Part shown: positions 37,575-52,169 of the stretch, piece after piece | Numbering within the stretch: position 1 is the first letter of the stretch | Layout of the letters: each line of letters begins with the position of its first letter | NCBI GenBank assembly: GCA_951406725.2 | Contig: OX597824.1 | Location: 64,232,001 to 64,296,000 of the forward strand | Reading direction: 5' to 3' | DNA from: Octopus vulgaris | Taxonomy: Eukaryota | DNA: 64,000 nt | Notes under the pieces: generated by a model | What the model was told of the DNA's origin: nothing | Seen by the model: the letters and a program-made list of their open reading frames with translations, nothing else | The model's database searches: none | Program-made: the position numbers and the translations under genes

Positions 37575-39378
37575 TTTCAGGTACATGACGCTGCTGTCCC
37601 CCATCCCCGGATCTCGCAGGCCCACACCACCCACACCCTCAGAGTTGGTACACTGAAAGATAGGTCTGATGAGATTGTTGAGATGCTACAACAGACAGGC
37701 TGCATCCAAGAAGTAAGGTGGAGAGGAAGTTCTGCTAGGTTCCTCACAGGCAATGAACATAGGTACATAGGTATAAGATTTTCTGGGCAGGGAACACTGA
37801 TGGGGTGGAAGGCGTAGGTATACTTCTTGCAGAGAAATGGGTTAATAAGATAATCGAGGTAGTCAGAAGTCTGTGATTCTAAAAGACTCCGCCGGTTACG
37901 ACGACGAGGGTCCCAGCTGATACGATCAACGGAACAGCTTGCTCGTGAAATTAACGTGCAAATGGCTGAGCATTCCACAGACACGTATACCCTTAACGTA
38001 GTCTCAGGGATAATCAGCGTGACACAGGAGTGACAAGGCTGACCCTTTGAAATACAAGTACAACTCATTTTTGCCAGCTGAGTGGACTGGAGCAACGTGA
38101 AATAAAGTGTCTTGCTCAAGGACACAACACGTCGCCGGGAATCGAACTCACAACCTTACGATCATGAGCCGAATGCCCTAACCACTAAGCCACGCGCCCT
38201 CACTAGAAGTCTGTGATAGAATACTTAAGATTAGATTAGTGCTGCAACATGGGTTAGCAACCATTATCTTGGCTTATGCCTCTCAGCCAGGGCTACCTGA
38301 TGAACAGAAAGACCAATATTATGACACCTTCTTGCAGACTACCTCATTGACAAACGACAGGGATCTTCTCTTTGTGGCTGGTGACTTCAATGGGCATGAT
38401 GGACAACATGCAGGGGGCTTCCATGGCGTACATGGAGGCTATGGTTTTGGTTCCTGCAATGAGGAGGGAACCAGGCTGCTGGAATTCTGCGATGCAAATG
38501 ATCTTATGGTTTATAATAATAACTTCAGGAAACCTGCTAGTCACCTGTTCACCTACTGATCTGGTGGACACAATAGTTAAATTGATTACATCTTCACCAG
38601 GAAACAGGAAAGATGGCTACTTATAAATGCCAAAACCTTCCCAACATAGATTAGTAGTTAGCGACTTCAGAATCAGGGCTAAATGGATGCCCAGAAGATG
38701 ACCAGCATGGAGAAGAAGGGTCTGGAAGCTTACGGATCTTGCAAATGGACAGAGATTTGGAGACATATTACTTGAAGCTTTTGATGAAATAGAGGTGGGA
38801 TATAGCATCACATGATGTGGAAGACAACTGGAGGTTCCTACGGGACAACCTGTTGAGGGCCACTGACCAGATCTGTAGATGATGCAAAGTCACTTCTCAA
38901 TCCAAGGTAACGTGGTGGTAGAACAATGTAGTTGACAGGGCCATTAGGGGAAAAAAAACAGACATGGACAGACTGGAAGAACAGTGGTAGCAGGGAATTG
39001 TATCAGATTGCTAGAAGGGAAGCTAGGAGACAGGTTTACTTAGACAAAGGGGAAGCAGATAAGAAAAAATTTGCCAATGTTCTGCATCATGAAGACCAAA
39101 GACTTGAAGTGTTTCATGTTGCAAGGCAGTGTGTGAGAGAGAATCATGATGTCATAGGAGAAAAATGTGTCTGCATGGATGAAGGCTCACTTGCATTTAA
39201 TGAGGCTGCAAAGAGAAAGATTGGAGATACTACTATGAAAGAATGAATGGGAGAAAGAGAGTCTGCTGAATGTTGATTCAAAAGAGGGACCAGCTATCTC
39301 AATTGACAGTATCTTGGTTGATAAATCAATTAAGGGTATGAAGATAGAGAAAAACCCCGGTCCATCAGGAATCATCTA
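37575..39378 (+). mobile_element. RTE-clade LINE 5' portion (AP endonuclease), degenerate
   Basis: CIQEVRWRGS, GVGILL, VAGDFNGH, NEEGTRLLEFC, IDYIF, LVVSDF. Confidence 0.85.
37878..38204 (-). mobile_element. tRNA-derived CORE-type SINE (family C) inserted in the RTE with a 13-bp TSD
   Basis: TGGCTTAGTGG A box, GAGTTCGATTCC B box, TCCTTGAGCAAGACACTT; TSD AGAAGTCTGTGAT at 37865-37877 and 38205-38217. Confidence 0.9.
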
Positions 39379-40529
39379 GATCAGCAGGCAGCTTTTGTGT
39401 GATTTTAGTTGTCTGCCAAAGTACGTCTCATTGACCTAGTGCTCGTTTACCTAGCACTTGCTTTAAAATCTGAAATTCCATCATTCTTTGATTCTTTTCA
39501 TGCATAAATTTGGATGACTTCATGAATAATACATGTAGAATGACTGTGCAAAATGAGAGGTGATGAATGACTGACTTTTTTAATACATCGCACAGTTGCT
39601 TACAATAAAAGCAAAAATGGATGAACGAGTATGAGTGCCAGAAAGAAAGACAACACAACCGTTAGAATGTTAAGAGAAAGGTTTTTATTTAGGTGATAGC
39701 AGAGTGTGTGTCTGTGTGTGCGACATAAGTACATATATAGTAATAATAATAACAACAGACAGGCCATCATGCATACATAATGTGTATTAGTGGACAAACA
39801 AGGGTGTATGTGTGTGAGATAAAATGCAGAGCAATAGAAAAAATCTATAACAGGACACTGGAAGTTCAAACACAAGGATGATAAATACCAGTTCGTAATA
39901 AGGTACACAATAGTTAAAGTTCTGTAACAAGAAGTTGTGGCTACAATGCAGAGCCTGTTGAATCACATGTCGTGTAAGCGGTTGTGGCTTCTATGCTGTG
40001 CCGGTTACTAGATACAGGAAAATCTCGCTGGTAGTTCTTGCTGTTAACCATGGTGAAGTATTCACAAACAGGTAAGAGTTAAACCTGAGCGAATGTTGCT
40101 GTGTGCGTAGAGATGTTGTTGGCATCATTAAGATAAAGGCGACGGTGATGGAGGGCCTGAATGCTGCTAGACGAAGTGTTGATGTTTCTCCATGTTGGTG
40201 CTGGTGTAGTCTGTCGTTGGAACTGGCTGAGTGCTCTGTGGTCAGTGGTTAGATCTTAGAGGGTCTAGAACCAAAGACGAAATATGGTTTGTTGATCTAG
40301 CCTTCTATAGGAACTAGGAGGCTCCAAACAGAGATTTAGAAGACTGTGTCATGGGACCTTATCAGAAGGCTGCGATTGGTTGGGTTGCACATTGGCACGT
40401 AATAGAGCAAGAGACAAATTGCGCCAATATCAACCAATCAGAGTAGTGGACACAACAGGGTCCAAACGGCCGAAGGTTAACTGTTATCTACTACGTCCGT
40501 GTTTATGTTATCTATAACAGAGAGAGAGA

Positions 40530-40780
40530 GAATTTCACTAAGCGTACGCTACACACACTTTCCATTTTGACGTTTTTCAAGCACCCACTCTGCATTTTTT
40601 TCTCCAATTGTGGCCACTTGCTAGGTTTCCTTCTGTTAGCATATTTTCTTTCTCCAGTCTCTCACAAGTTTCTCTGAAACACAAAATTCTCTTGCTGCTA
40701 TACAGTTGTCTTCTCAGCAACTTCAATAACATTTAGTTTAAATGTTGCTGTATATTTGTTGTTTTTTTTCTGGAGGGCAT
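40530..40780 (-). pseudogene. Pogo-like transposase N-terminal (BrkDBD-like) fragment
   Basis: MPSRKK..YTATFKLNVIEVAEK...AAREFCVSEKLVRDWRK (frameshifted). Confidence 0.6.
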
Positions 40781-41479
40781 TTCTACGTAAAACGACGGAG
40801 AAATTTTAAACCCTCAATCATACGACTGTATTCCACGGGTGCTATACAGAAACTGAGGTCAACTGAACTGCAAAGAGACATTATGACATGACTCTGACCT
40901 AATATTTTAAAATTTTCACACCAAATTTCTTTCTTGCTCTCTGTTTTCTAACCTACTTTTTTAATGTTTAAATTGCCATAGCATTTTAAGCTTTTTTTCT
41001 CTCATAAAAAGTTATCGGTTTGATTCCCATTGTAGCTGATCATTGTAGCTGGGAGGAATCGTCAAAAGCTGCATGTCAAATTGAATCCTGCATTAATACA
41101 GAAAGGAGTACAAATTATGTTATGGCATGGAACAAGAACTGTAATAAAAAAATAGATCAGTATGAAACTTACAGTAATAATATAATGTGAATGCATTTCG
41201 GCCTTGGTGCTATCATATTCACGTTCACAACCAGTTGTCATTTCGTGGAATGTGTTCGCCACACGATTCTTATAAGGTAAGCAGTGTGTTGTATTCTGTG
41301 TATCTATTGTTCCCACAGAAATGGAAAAAAAAAGCTGCAGGATGTTATGTGAAACACATTTCTCATCATGTAAACAAGTGTATGATGCATGTGTTTATTG
41401 TGCTTGAAGATGTGTGCAGGTTTGCAGCATATCCTGTACATATATTTTAGTAATGGTGATGTAGCATCCATCAACAGAT

Positions 41480-42436
41480 ATGTAATGCTCGCTATAAGCA
41501 CCAAACATTCCACCTATAGTGCAGGCTATAGTGAATGATTTTAAGGAGTTTGATAATGTTGCCATCAACAAAACATTGTTGACTACGAGCAAAGAACTGG
41601 AAATGGATTTGGAGGAGGAGGATTTCACAGATTTATTTGTAAAAGAGAAGCGGCCCTTGATGAATGAGGATTTGATAGAGCTTCACAAGCTGCAAGATAA
41701 AGAAGAAGAGGAAGTCGAATTTTACCATTCAGAAAATGCAGCAAGCATTTGCATATATCAAAAAAGATCTTTCTATGTTTAAGGATATGGATCCAAATGC
41801 TCAATGCTTTTCCAAGATTATGGGGGCATGTCATGAAGCTTTTATTCCTTATAATGTAATCCTTCAGGAAAAGAAGACAGTTCAAGGAACTCTCAACCGG
41901 TTTTTCTAAGCGCATTGAACAAGAACATCCAGAATCAGCTGTTGATGTTGACAATCCACAGCCATCTACATCCATGATGTAAACCACCAAATTGTATGTA
42001 CATATTAGTAAATTTTAAATAATTTAGTTTTTTATTATTGCAAAATAATAATAATTATTGAATTTGTTTTTTAAGCTTAAAAACGACTTTTATTTTACCA
42101 TGTCTTATTGCAAACCACATTCATAAATAAAGCGTCCGTGATGTATGGTAAACACTGCCAAATTATATTTGTAAATTTAGATTACTTTTTTTTTACTGTA
42201 TTAAAAAATAAAAATTATTTTTTGTAAGCTTAAAATAGATTTTTATTAACCATGTATTATTAAAAATGCATTCATAAATAGAGTACAGAATTGGGAATGG
42301 TTAATATTGGTTTAGCCATGAGACAAGTAAATTCAGCCAAGCCAAGCCTAGAGACAAGTTAATTCGGCTTAAGTCAAAAAACGACTGAAGTCGTGTCTCC
42401 AGGAACCAATTAATGATGTAAGGTGAGGTATGCCTG
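41480..42436 (+). mobile_element. Tigger/pogo-like 3' fragment with right TIR
   Basis: LEEEDFTDLF....PLMNEDLIEL, DPN...YNVILQEKKTVQGTLNRFF; end ...aggtatgcctg|TA. Confidence 0.65.
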
Positions 42437-42872
42437 TAATAGATTGTTTGATTAATCATTTGGTCAATCAATCAGTCAGCTAGATTCATCAGAGGCGTTT
42501 TGTTACCATTCATGACCTCATCAATAACATCTCCTTTCTACTCCAGGTTTGTCTCTCCCCTAGTATACAGATACTATATTTATATTTATGGGAATGTGAG
42601 TGAAAATTTGTGTGTGTGTGTATGCGTGAGAGAGAGCATGTATGCATGAATGAACAATTAATGAAACAATCAATTAACTAATTGATTAAATGGTTAACTG
42701 TTAGACTAAAAGTAATAAAAGAAGTGAAATAGAATGAGATCAGTTGTTTATTATTGGCATAACGACCCTCCCAAGATGTACACTGTTTGTATAAGTACAT
42801 GTCAGAAAATAAAGGAATAACGTTGAGAGCTGTGAAAAAGTAGGGACAATATATGCCAGAAAGGTGAAAGAA

Positions 42873-43107
42873 GGCAACGAGCTGGCAGAAACATTAGCAC
42901 GCCGAGCGAAATACTTAGCAGTATTTCGTCTGCCACTACATTCTGCGTTCAAATTCTGATGAGGTCAACTTTGCCTTTCATCCTTTTGGGGTCAATTAAA
43001 TAAGTACCAGTTACGCACTGGGGTCGATGTAATCGACTTAATCCGTTTGTCTGTCCTTGTTTGTCCCCTCTGTATGTAGCCCCTTGTGAGCATTAAAGAA
43101 ATAAGAA
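42873..43107 (+). mobile_element. tRNA-derived SINE family B (Nin-domain-like core)
   Basis: GAGCTGGCAGAA head, GTTCAAATTC B box, ACTTTGCCTTTCATCC..GGGGTC..AAGTACC; degenerate copies near 19.6, 44.75, 47.8, 48.5, 54.85 and 56.55 kb. Confidence 0.8.
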
Positions 43108-44074
43108 AGGTGAAAGAAGATATGAAATGCATGAAAGGAAAACTGAACAGGATACAATTAAAATTTTCTTCAGGAGCATCACATTTAGAAGCACTTAGAC
43201 TGGGGGCCGATAAAAAGAAAGAGAATTTGAAGTAGGTGTTACATTGGTTGTCCAAGAATACCATGAAGACACCAATAATCAGAATATAGATATAGAGTAA
43301 TATAATTTAGACATATTACTGCCATGTGGATTATGTGGCTAAAGAGAAGGGTCAGTAGCCTACACTGTAACAGTGAATTGGAACTAGGCACGAAAACAAT
43401 ATAAAGGGCCAGTGGCATGACAAAATTATATCAGTTATAGCTGTAGATTTAGATTAAAGGGTGGTGAGGAATAAAGTAAGCTAAGGAAATTGTTCGGTTC
43501 ATACTTTAAAAATATATGTTGATTTCTCTATATTGTTAATTTAAATTTGATTTGGGTTTCTTTATAAACTGTTGTAAAACACCCAGAAAAGTTCGTTTTT
43601 GTAGTTGGTTTGCAAGAGTCTTCATGTTAATATGTGTTCTGAAACAAATTTTGTTGCATCTTGGGAGGGTCATAATAAACTGGTCATAATGCACTGGTTC
43701 AATTTCACTCCTTTATTATTAGTCAGTTGACTAGTTCTAGTTATTTAACTCCCCAATTGACTTATAATAAAGAAGTGAAATTGCATCAGTGCATGTGTTT
43801 ATTATGGTGTAATGACAAAAGAAAAATGAAATCTAGGAAAGTGGTATGATGGTAGACCAGCAAAAGTTGTCAAAAAAGGAACAGGTAAAAATTTTATAGG
43901 GTATGAAAATCCAGACTGACAAGAAACTGAGACACTCAAGACAGCGGCGGCGGCGGCGGTGGTGGTGGTGGCGATGGTGGTGGTGGTGCAGTAGAGAAAG
44001 ATATCTGAGCTTCTATTATAATAGATGTAGTCTGCTCATTATACATCAAGATGAGAGAAAAACAAAACAAGATA

Positions 44075-44388
44075 CACTGGGGAAAATAAATTTAAGACCT
44101 GTGATAAAAGTTCTATTTCTTACAAAATATTTTGTTACTAACACCATACAAATTATTTTCATCTTTTACAACTTATGCAGAATTTATTTCTCTTTCGAAT
44201 GATGCAGACAATAAGTACTTTTATACAACTTGAAGAATTCTAATGCTAAATCAATATAAACGTTTCAAAAGAGAAATAAATTTTGCATAAGGTGTAAAAG
44301 ATAAAAATAATTTGTATGGTGTTAGTAACAAAATATTTTGTAAGAAATAGAACTTTTATCATCGGTCTTAAATTTATTTTTGCCAATG
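44075..44388. mobile_element. Foldback MITE with TA flanks
   Basis: ~120-bp inverted arms, TA|CACTGG...CCAATG|TA. Confidence 0.75.
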
Positions 44389-44624
44389 TAGACAAATGCT
44401 AGGATTCAAAGTGGGAACTAAAAAAGGCTTTGGAACTGCAGAAATGGGATGACTTAGCAGTGTCTAAAAATATCATCAAAAGGCTTTGTATGATCAGTAT
44501 AGAATTAAACCATGTGACACCAAAGAAAACCTGTCCTTTCAATACATCCAGAATCTTATATGTGCAGAGTGACTGAATACATGAGTAAAAAGCTTAACAT
44601 TTAACAAACACAGCTGTTGTGTGA

Positions 44625-44625
<1 letters not shown>

Positions 44626-44712
<87 letters not shown>
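44626..44712. repeat. (AAT)n microsatellite
   Basis: Direct reading. Confidence 0.95.
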
Positions 44713-45559
44713 GTTCATTCTAATTTTGGCACAAGGCAGATAATTTTTGAGGGCTAATGCAAGTCAATTACATCAACCTCAATTCTTAATGCTACTTTAT
44801 TTTATTGATCTCAAAAGGATGAAAAGCAAAGATGACTTCAGCAGTGTTTGAACTCAGGATGTAAACTGTTTTGATGATGATGATGATGATGATGATTTTC
44901 TTTATTAGTCATCCATTAGAACTTGAAGAGATGCAGGGAATACAAAGCTTTCACTAGAGAAATGACAAAGAGAAACATTTGGAATATGAAAGCTAATGAT
45001 GGGAGAAGTGGGTGAAAGATTTTATACAGCATATAATGGATGTATTAAGAACAAATATTGTAAAAGCACAAATATTTGCAAGGAAATAATTAAAATGTCT
45101 GATGAAATACAATAATTAATACATAATTAAAATGAGACAGGACATGAAGCATTACTGGCTAAGTTGGGTTTCAGTACCCAACAACCCTGCCAAGTCAGCC
45201 ATTCTTTGTATTGTTTATAAGTGCATCCATAGGTACCAGTTGGCATTTTTTGTCACCCAAGATAAGATCTTTCAAGTTCATTATAGTGTCTCTGCTTTAT
45301 TTTTACTAACAATCTATCTTTTGTATGTTGCTTATATTTCAAAACTAACAGTACTTTTGTCAGTTCTACTTCATTAGAAAATCATGGCTCCGCAGATGTG
45401 TGATTTTATCAATAAGTTGTCTGTTTGATTTTTTAATCACAGTCAATCTTAGTTTTTTGTCTTTGTCTTATTCTTATTTTCCTTATTCTCTTGAGATGGT
45501 TTTGTGGAAATTCTTCTTCTCCATCTCTGCAGCTTTTCATTATTTTTTTATTTTTCCTT

Positions 45560-48500
45560 TATCCATCGATGCATTTTCGTCTGTAACCCTTATTTGTTCC
45601 TCATCATATGAAGATAGAGTGGTGCTACAGCAAGTAATAGCACTGCTCCATCATCATGTCATGAAGGAATAATTTAAATGTTTGCTCATTTGTTTATAGT
45701 ATTGAGTATTGAAGAGTTTATCGTGCCATTCCAAAACTTTTAGCTAACGGTACACTATGAATTGGATTGTCAGGCTTTTTTGATGTGTCAGTCAATCTCC
45801 ATTACTTTTCTTTTTTTTATGTCTTTCCAGTTTTTCTTTTTTGAATGACTTTCCAGTGTTTTCAATTGGGGCAGGAATTATTTTGACAAAGCTACTAAAT
45901 AAGCAATTAAAGTGCAAATGTTGTTGTTATCATCGCTGTCTTCAAAACTACCAGTTAGACTGTTTGGAATATTTTTATGCATTTATTGTTCAGTTAAAAG
46001 TTCATTTCCTTTCTTTTTGTTCATGCAGAAACAAACTAAAAAAACTGCTGATCTCAAACAATGACAGCAGAAATAATCAAAGAGACAAAAACAACATGGA
46101 AACACAACCACAAAACTTACTAAAGAAGGAAGGGAGAGAAAAATCACTCCATGACCAATACCATGCAAAGCTTGACAGAGAAGTGAGCTCAACTAAAAGC
46201 TAATAATGGCTCAAAAGCTCTGGATTAAAAGCAGACTAATACTCGCAGCACAAGGCCAATGCTTGACCACAAACAGCTATAGAAGCAAAATAATGAAAAC
46301 AGGCCCTAACACCAAATGCAGAATGTGCATCCAACACAATGAGAGTGCCGGCCACATCATCTCTGCTGGCTCAGTCCTAGCCAAATTCATACAGACAGGA
46401 CCAAGTAAGTAGTTATATCCATTGGGCAATATGCCAACACTAGAACATAAAAACTAACAAGAAAGTGTATTGTTGGTGGTTGCTTGTCATTGCTTGAGTT
46501 GAGCTGGTCAATGAAGACATGTTTCATTGGTTGTGTGAATAATAATTGAAGCAAACTCGCGAACATTTAACTGAAATAGTTATTTTCAAGCATAAAGATA
46601 TTTGGTATTGGCTATTTACAATGAACATTATTAATAATTGCTGACTGGGAGAGGGTAAAACTGGACAAGCAGTCAATCCAAAAGTATATGAAATCATCTG
46701 CACAAATCTCCATTGGCCATCTGTCTGGCAAGAGAGGAGGCACATGAAGTAGGCAGTCACCTTCAATACTCTGTGATTAATTGACCATCAAAACAGTTTT
46801 TACAAGGGACAAAAGGTTGTATTCTAGAACAATCATGAAAACCACTGCTTCATGTTGATTAGCTGATTTATCAACCAATCACATGAAACTGTAGTAGTAC
46901 ACTCATGATATTTGACCTAGTATCTAACAGGTAGTTTTTAGATCACCAATACTGTATAAACATGTGCCAAACAAGGTACATAATAATGACCAGGTCACAA
47001 TCATGTGAGATGTACCTGTTCAAACTGACAAAGAAATTAAAGTTAATCACCAAGACATAACAAGCAAGGATTGAAAAAATAACACCTGCTAGCTGATAGA
47101 CGTTACATTTTCTTCTTACCAAAATATTACCCCAATATATTACCAAAAAGTGGAGAAACTGTCAAAGTACAAAGATCTCAAAATTGAAGTATTCAAGATG
47201 TGGAGCATGAAGGTAAAAACAATACCAGTAATAAGTGGAATGTTGTGTATGATAAAAAATGTATGAACAAATATGTGGAAGCCATACCTCAACCCTCAAC
47301 ACTACACCCTATCCAAAAAAAATTGCCCTACTAGGAACAGCCCACATCCTACACAAGACACTATCAATTCAATAACACAATCCAAATAAAACAATCCACG
47401 AAGACAATACACTCTCTATACAATAAATACCCAATAAAATAAACAATCCCTACAATACATACCACTACAAGTCAGACACCCAACAGAAGAACGCAACTCA
47501 GATTACATACACAACACAAAATACAAACACTAATACAACAAAAAAATAAGCCAAACCCTATAGCAAAAAACAACTGATACAATACAGTTCTAAGAAGAGT
47601 CTGTCCTCCCTCAGCACCAACAAAAACAAGAACACACAATGCTGCTCTCACCTAAGCATCACAGATGTGTAGCAGGTGCTGCAGTAGAGATTTGCATGAA
47701 ACTATATCAAATATTGAAGATCAATAATAATAATCCTTTTTGCAATAAGCATAAGGCCTGAAATTTGAGGGAAGGGGACAAAATAAATTACATTGACGTG
47801 AGTGTTTCATGAGTACTTAATTTATTGACCTAAAAAGAATGAAAGGCAAAGTTGGTAGAATTTGAACTCAGAATGTAGAGATGAGCAAAATACCACTAAG
47901 CATTTCATCCAGCATGCTAACAATTCTGATAACTCACCACTTTACAATGATAATACTAATAATAATAATAATAAATCTGACACAGAAAGGTTATATATAC
48001 AACATATCAAAGGTGATAGAGGCCTTATACAGCTAGAAAACTATTACAAAGTAACCACCATAGGACTACAGAAATACCTACTTCAGAAGTAAGGAAAACT
48101 AATACAAATAGCCACAAAACACGAACAAAACAAAAACTGTTTCCAGTTTTTAAGGAAGCTGATGAATACAAAAAAGAAGTCATAGTACCTAACAACTATG
48201 AAGAAAAAGAAGAAACAACAAAAGCTGTAAAACAGCTGAAATCCAAACTAAAACTGGAACAGCAGCTGATAACGTTAAAATGATGGGAAGAAAAGCCCCT
48301 TCATTGATATGAGATCACATATGGTTGTGATGCATGTGCCTGGTGTACCTTTATCAGATGAGTAGTCATGGTGGGTATGCTGGGCTTTTTTTTTTTACCC
48401 CAGTGTTACTTTAATGGCATGCACTGCTCTCTCACTCAACATTAATGAGAAGACTCCATAATAATAATAATGATAATTATGATAATAATAATAATCCTTT

Positions 48501-48995
48501 CTACTATAGGCACAAGGCCGAAAAGGATGAAAGGCAAAATCAACATCAGTGGAATTTGAACTCAGAATGCGAAGACAGATGAAATGCCACTAAGTATTTT
48601 GCCCTGTGTGCTAACAATTCTGCCAGTTTGCCTCCTTATAATAATAATGATAACAACAACAACAACAATGAGAATAGGAAGTCGGTCAGTCTTAATTGAG
48701 AAAGAAAACAAGCTATGCTGGATCATAGATATAGCATGCCCAGCTGACAACAAGATATGCAATAAGGAAGGAAGAAAAGTTGAGAGATATGACAGGTTAG
48801 TTTGGGAAGTTAAGCAGTTGTGGTCGATGAAAAAGGTAGCAGTAGTACCAATAATTGTCAGAGACCTGGAAACAGTGAGCAAAAATCTTGAGAAGTACGT
48901 GGAACAAATAGGGGCTGCAATAAGGGTGGAGCACTTGCAGAAAACAGTACTGCTTGGAACTGCTCGAATACACAAGAAGGGGCTCGAAAAATAAG
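45560..48995. mobile_element. Cluster of R4/Dong-like LINE fragments interleaved with SINEs and (AAT)n
   Basis: AAQGQCL..CRMC...ESAGHII (46206-46412); ERLYIQHIKGDRGLIQLE (~47980-48300); IIDIACPAD...PIIV..L..V..NL...HLQKTVLLGTARI (48680-48994). Confidence 0.75.
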
Positions 48996-49078
48996 AGGTG
49001 TTACATTAGTTCACTGGTAGTGAACAGCTGACACTGTAGTACATCTCCAGCATTAGAAGCTGTGCAAAAGCAATGATG

Positions 49079-49163
<85 letters not shown>

Positions 49164-49171
49164 TAATAATA

Positions 49172-49528
49172 AGAGCACTCAATGAGTGCAAACTTCTGCC
49201 AAGGTAATACCAACATCCTCTCAATGATTAGCTGGAGCTGATTTTTAAAATGAGAATATCTTAAATAAACTCGACTGCTCTCACAAACGAGAATACTAAA
49301 AATGAACCTGACTGCTCTGAAAAATTCAGTAAAACAAAAAACAGGAAAAATATTCCAGAATCCTTGTCCAGTATCAGATCAGTCCCAAAATCTAATCAGT
49401 TCATGCCAGTCACAAGGCCAAACATCCCTGAAAGTTTCATCCAGCAATTCTTGAGATATCTTGTCCATGGACAAACAAACAAACACAACTGAAAACAATA
49501 CCTCCACTTTCTCTAAGGCAGAGGTAAT
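49172..49528 (+). mobile_element. Helentron-associated (HINE/DINE-1-like) non-autonomous element
   Basis: Subterminal inverted motif acttctgcc / ggcagaggt; 3' hairpin tacctc...gaggta; (ACAA)n; inserted next to (AAT)n. Confidence 0.55.
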
Positions 49529-51446
49529 AAGGATAAGACTGCAGGAACTCCAACAAAATCTGAGTTTAAAAGAAAAATAATAATTTTGCAATGACCCTTT
49601 TGCTGTCAACACACCTCAGACTGCTTTGGTTCTATGATACAAACTTCCTGTTTTAAGGTGATCTAAAAACCTTCCATCAAAATTTATCGTTGATTTATGT
49701 TCCAAACAACATCTAAATAATGATATTTAGATATTTTACTAAATTCTTCATTTTTTTTTTTCAAAATTAATTGAAACAAAGGCAGTGTATTTCAACAGAA
49801 ATATGGTAACAAATGGTTAATTTAATTTCCTATTCAACAGACTTGTTCACAACTTGAATGTTAAAAGCTGAGACAAGAAAATTAATTAATTTACACTTTG
49901 GAGTCAAAGCCTGTTTACTGATGCTTTCACACGAAATAAGATGGAGCCATAATTACAAGAAATAGAAAGAAGAAAGTGAAAGGTGTTGATATTTAATATT
50001 ATATTAAAATGAAAATATATCATAATCTTAAAAGATAAAAGAAAACCTCTGAGGAAATTGGTCCTGTCTTCTTTCAAATATGCAAATGGCGAGCCATCTT
50101 GTTTGAATCACATCATCACATCTATAATTTTCTTCCTCTTATTCAATATCTTCTGTTTTCACATGGAATAGCCCACAATGTAGTGATGATGCAAAGCCTA
50201 GAGGTTAGAGTAGTACATTCATGATCTTAAGGCCATGGGCTCAATTCTTGAACCAGGTAACATAACTTGTCCTTGAGTAAGATACTTCATTTCATGTTGC
50301 TCTAATCTACAAAGCTGAAATGAGTACCTGCTGAGTATCGGTGCAGTCCTCTCTCCCACCAGCTGTGACATCCTCAATGTTCTGCTGGGTTATGGGTAGG
50401 AAGGCCAAGAGAGTGTTTACATCTGCTTGAAACTGCATAGGCATCTAAAGCAATTAGCAAAAACAAGGATACATGCTATTAAATCATACTTGCTTGTCAA
50501 AGATGGCTGTGGTTTTGTTTTGTCTTTTTTAGGCCACAATATCGTGCACTGAGTACTAGTTACTTCACTTCCAATATTGTTCCCTATTTGTAGCAAGATT
50601 AACAGTTTCACTAAATCTACTATCTTCCAAAAGGACACATTGGATAACCCTGTGCAACAAAATTTCGTTTTTTTTCATCTTTGGTCAGTAAGTATTATTT
50701 CCTATTTGCTTCCATCTAGAAATCAAAGGAAATGACTGTTATTCCTTTAAAGCTTTGCTCTGGACATCACTGTTTTGAAACTGACCTATTTTCCATTACA
50801 TTTCAGACAAAACCTCCTGCAAAGAGTTTGTATTTTAATTGAAGGTTTCCATCTTATTTAAAAGTAAGTGAACATATGCAAGTTTGTTTATAGTTGTGGG
50901 CCACAGTTTTGTACTCAAGTAATGGAAATCTTTGCATAGCAGCACGTTTTTTCAAGGTGATAGGTTCTGTGGAATTTTTTGATATTTTCTCTTAACTTAT
51001 GCAAGACTGAGCACTGCAGCTAGTTATTTTACATAAGAACTTTTTTATTATATCAAAAACACCAGGTTATCATAATGAAAACGATATTTTATTTTACTAA
51101 ATTCCCATCTCTACGAAATTCTTAATTATATGCAAAATTAAGTCACTAGTGTTTAACCCCCAGCTCAGTCCTAATCAAGTAGGTGTATGATCAGAACCAT
51201 TCTCTTCATCACCACTCTTTTTTCATGCATATCAAAGACAAAACATTTGTCTCTCTTTTAAGATAACGGAGTGTGATTTGAGAGAGATTTGACAATTATT
51301 CTTAGCAGGTCAACCAACCTCATAAAAGATCTTTCACTGTTTTGTTCAAAATGAAGTGAAATACACTGTGTGTTTCAGCAAATATATTGGTCATGAAAGG
51401 ATTAAATATGCAACATCAAGTTAACATCTTTACTTTCAAAATGACA

Positions 51447-51918
51447 TCTATCTTTTACATGTTTCAGTCATTGGACTATAGCCACACTGGGTAAGGATTT
51501 AGTTAAATAGATTAACCCCAGTACATATTTCTTTAAAGATTGGTACTTATTCTATTGGTCTTTTTTGCCAACTAATAAGTTATGGGAATGTAAACAAACC
51601 AGCACTGGTTGTCAAGCAGTGCTGGGGGACAAACCTAACACAAATACAGACATATACATAAATACATACACACACACACACACACACATGCACACATACA
51701 CACATGAATGCACACGCATACACACGCACACTCAGTCATATACACATACACATACATGACAGGCTTCTTTCAGCTTCCATCTACTAAATTCAGTCACAGC
51801 GCTTTGGTCAACCCAGGACTGTAATAGAAGACACTTGCCAAAGGTGCAACACATTCATACTGAATCCAAGATCACATTGTTGGGAGCAAGCTTCTTAACC
51901 ACACAGCCACACCTGCAC
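51447..51918 (-). mobile_element. SINE family A copy
   Basis: Colinear with 5325-5742. Confidence 0.85.
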
Positions 51919-51956
51919 TATTTGAAAAAAAAAATTAATTAAAATTAATTAAAATA

Positions 51957-52138
51957 GGTGCAGGAGTAGCTGTGTGGTAAGTAGCTTGCTGACCAACCAC
52001 ATGGTTCCAGGTTCAGTCCCACTGCGTAGCACCTTGGGCAAGTGTCTTCTACTATAGCCTTGGGCCAACCAAAGCCTTGTGAGTGGATTGGTAGACAGAA
52101 ACTGAAAGAAGCACGTCATATGTATGTGTGTGTAAATA

Positions 52139-52169
<31 letters not shown>

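Noticed and set aside
38130-38204. tRNA gene
   Set aside because: The tRNA-like head continues into a SINE body bounded by a TSD; no proper acceptor stem or terminator.
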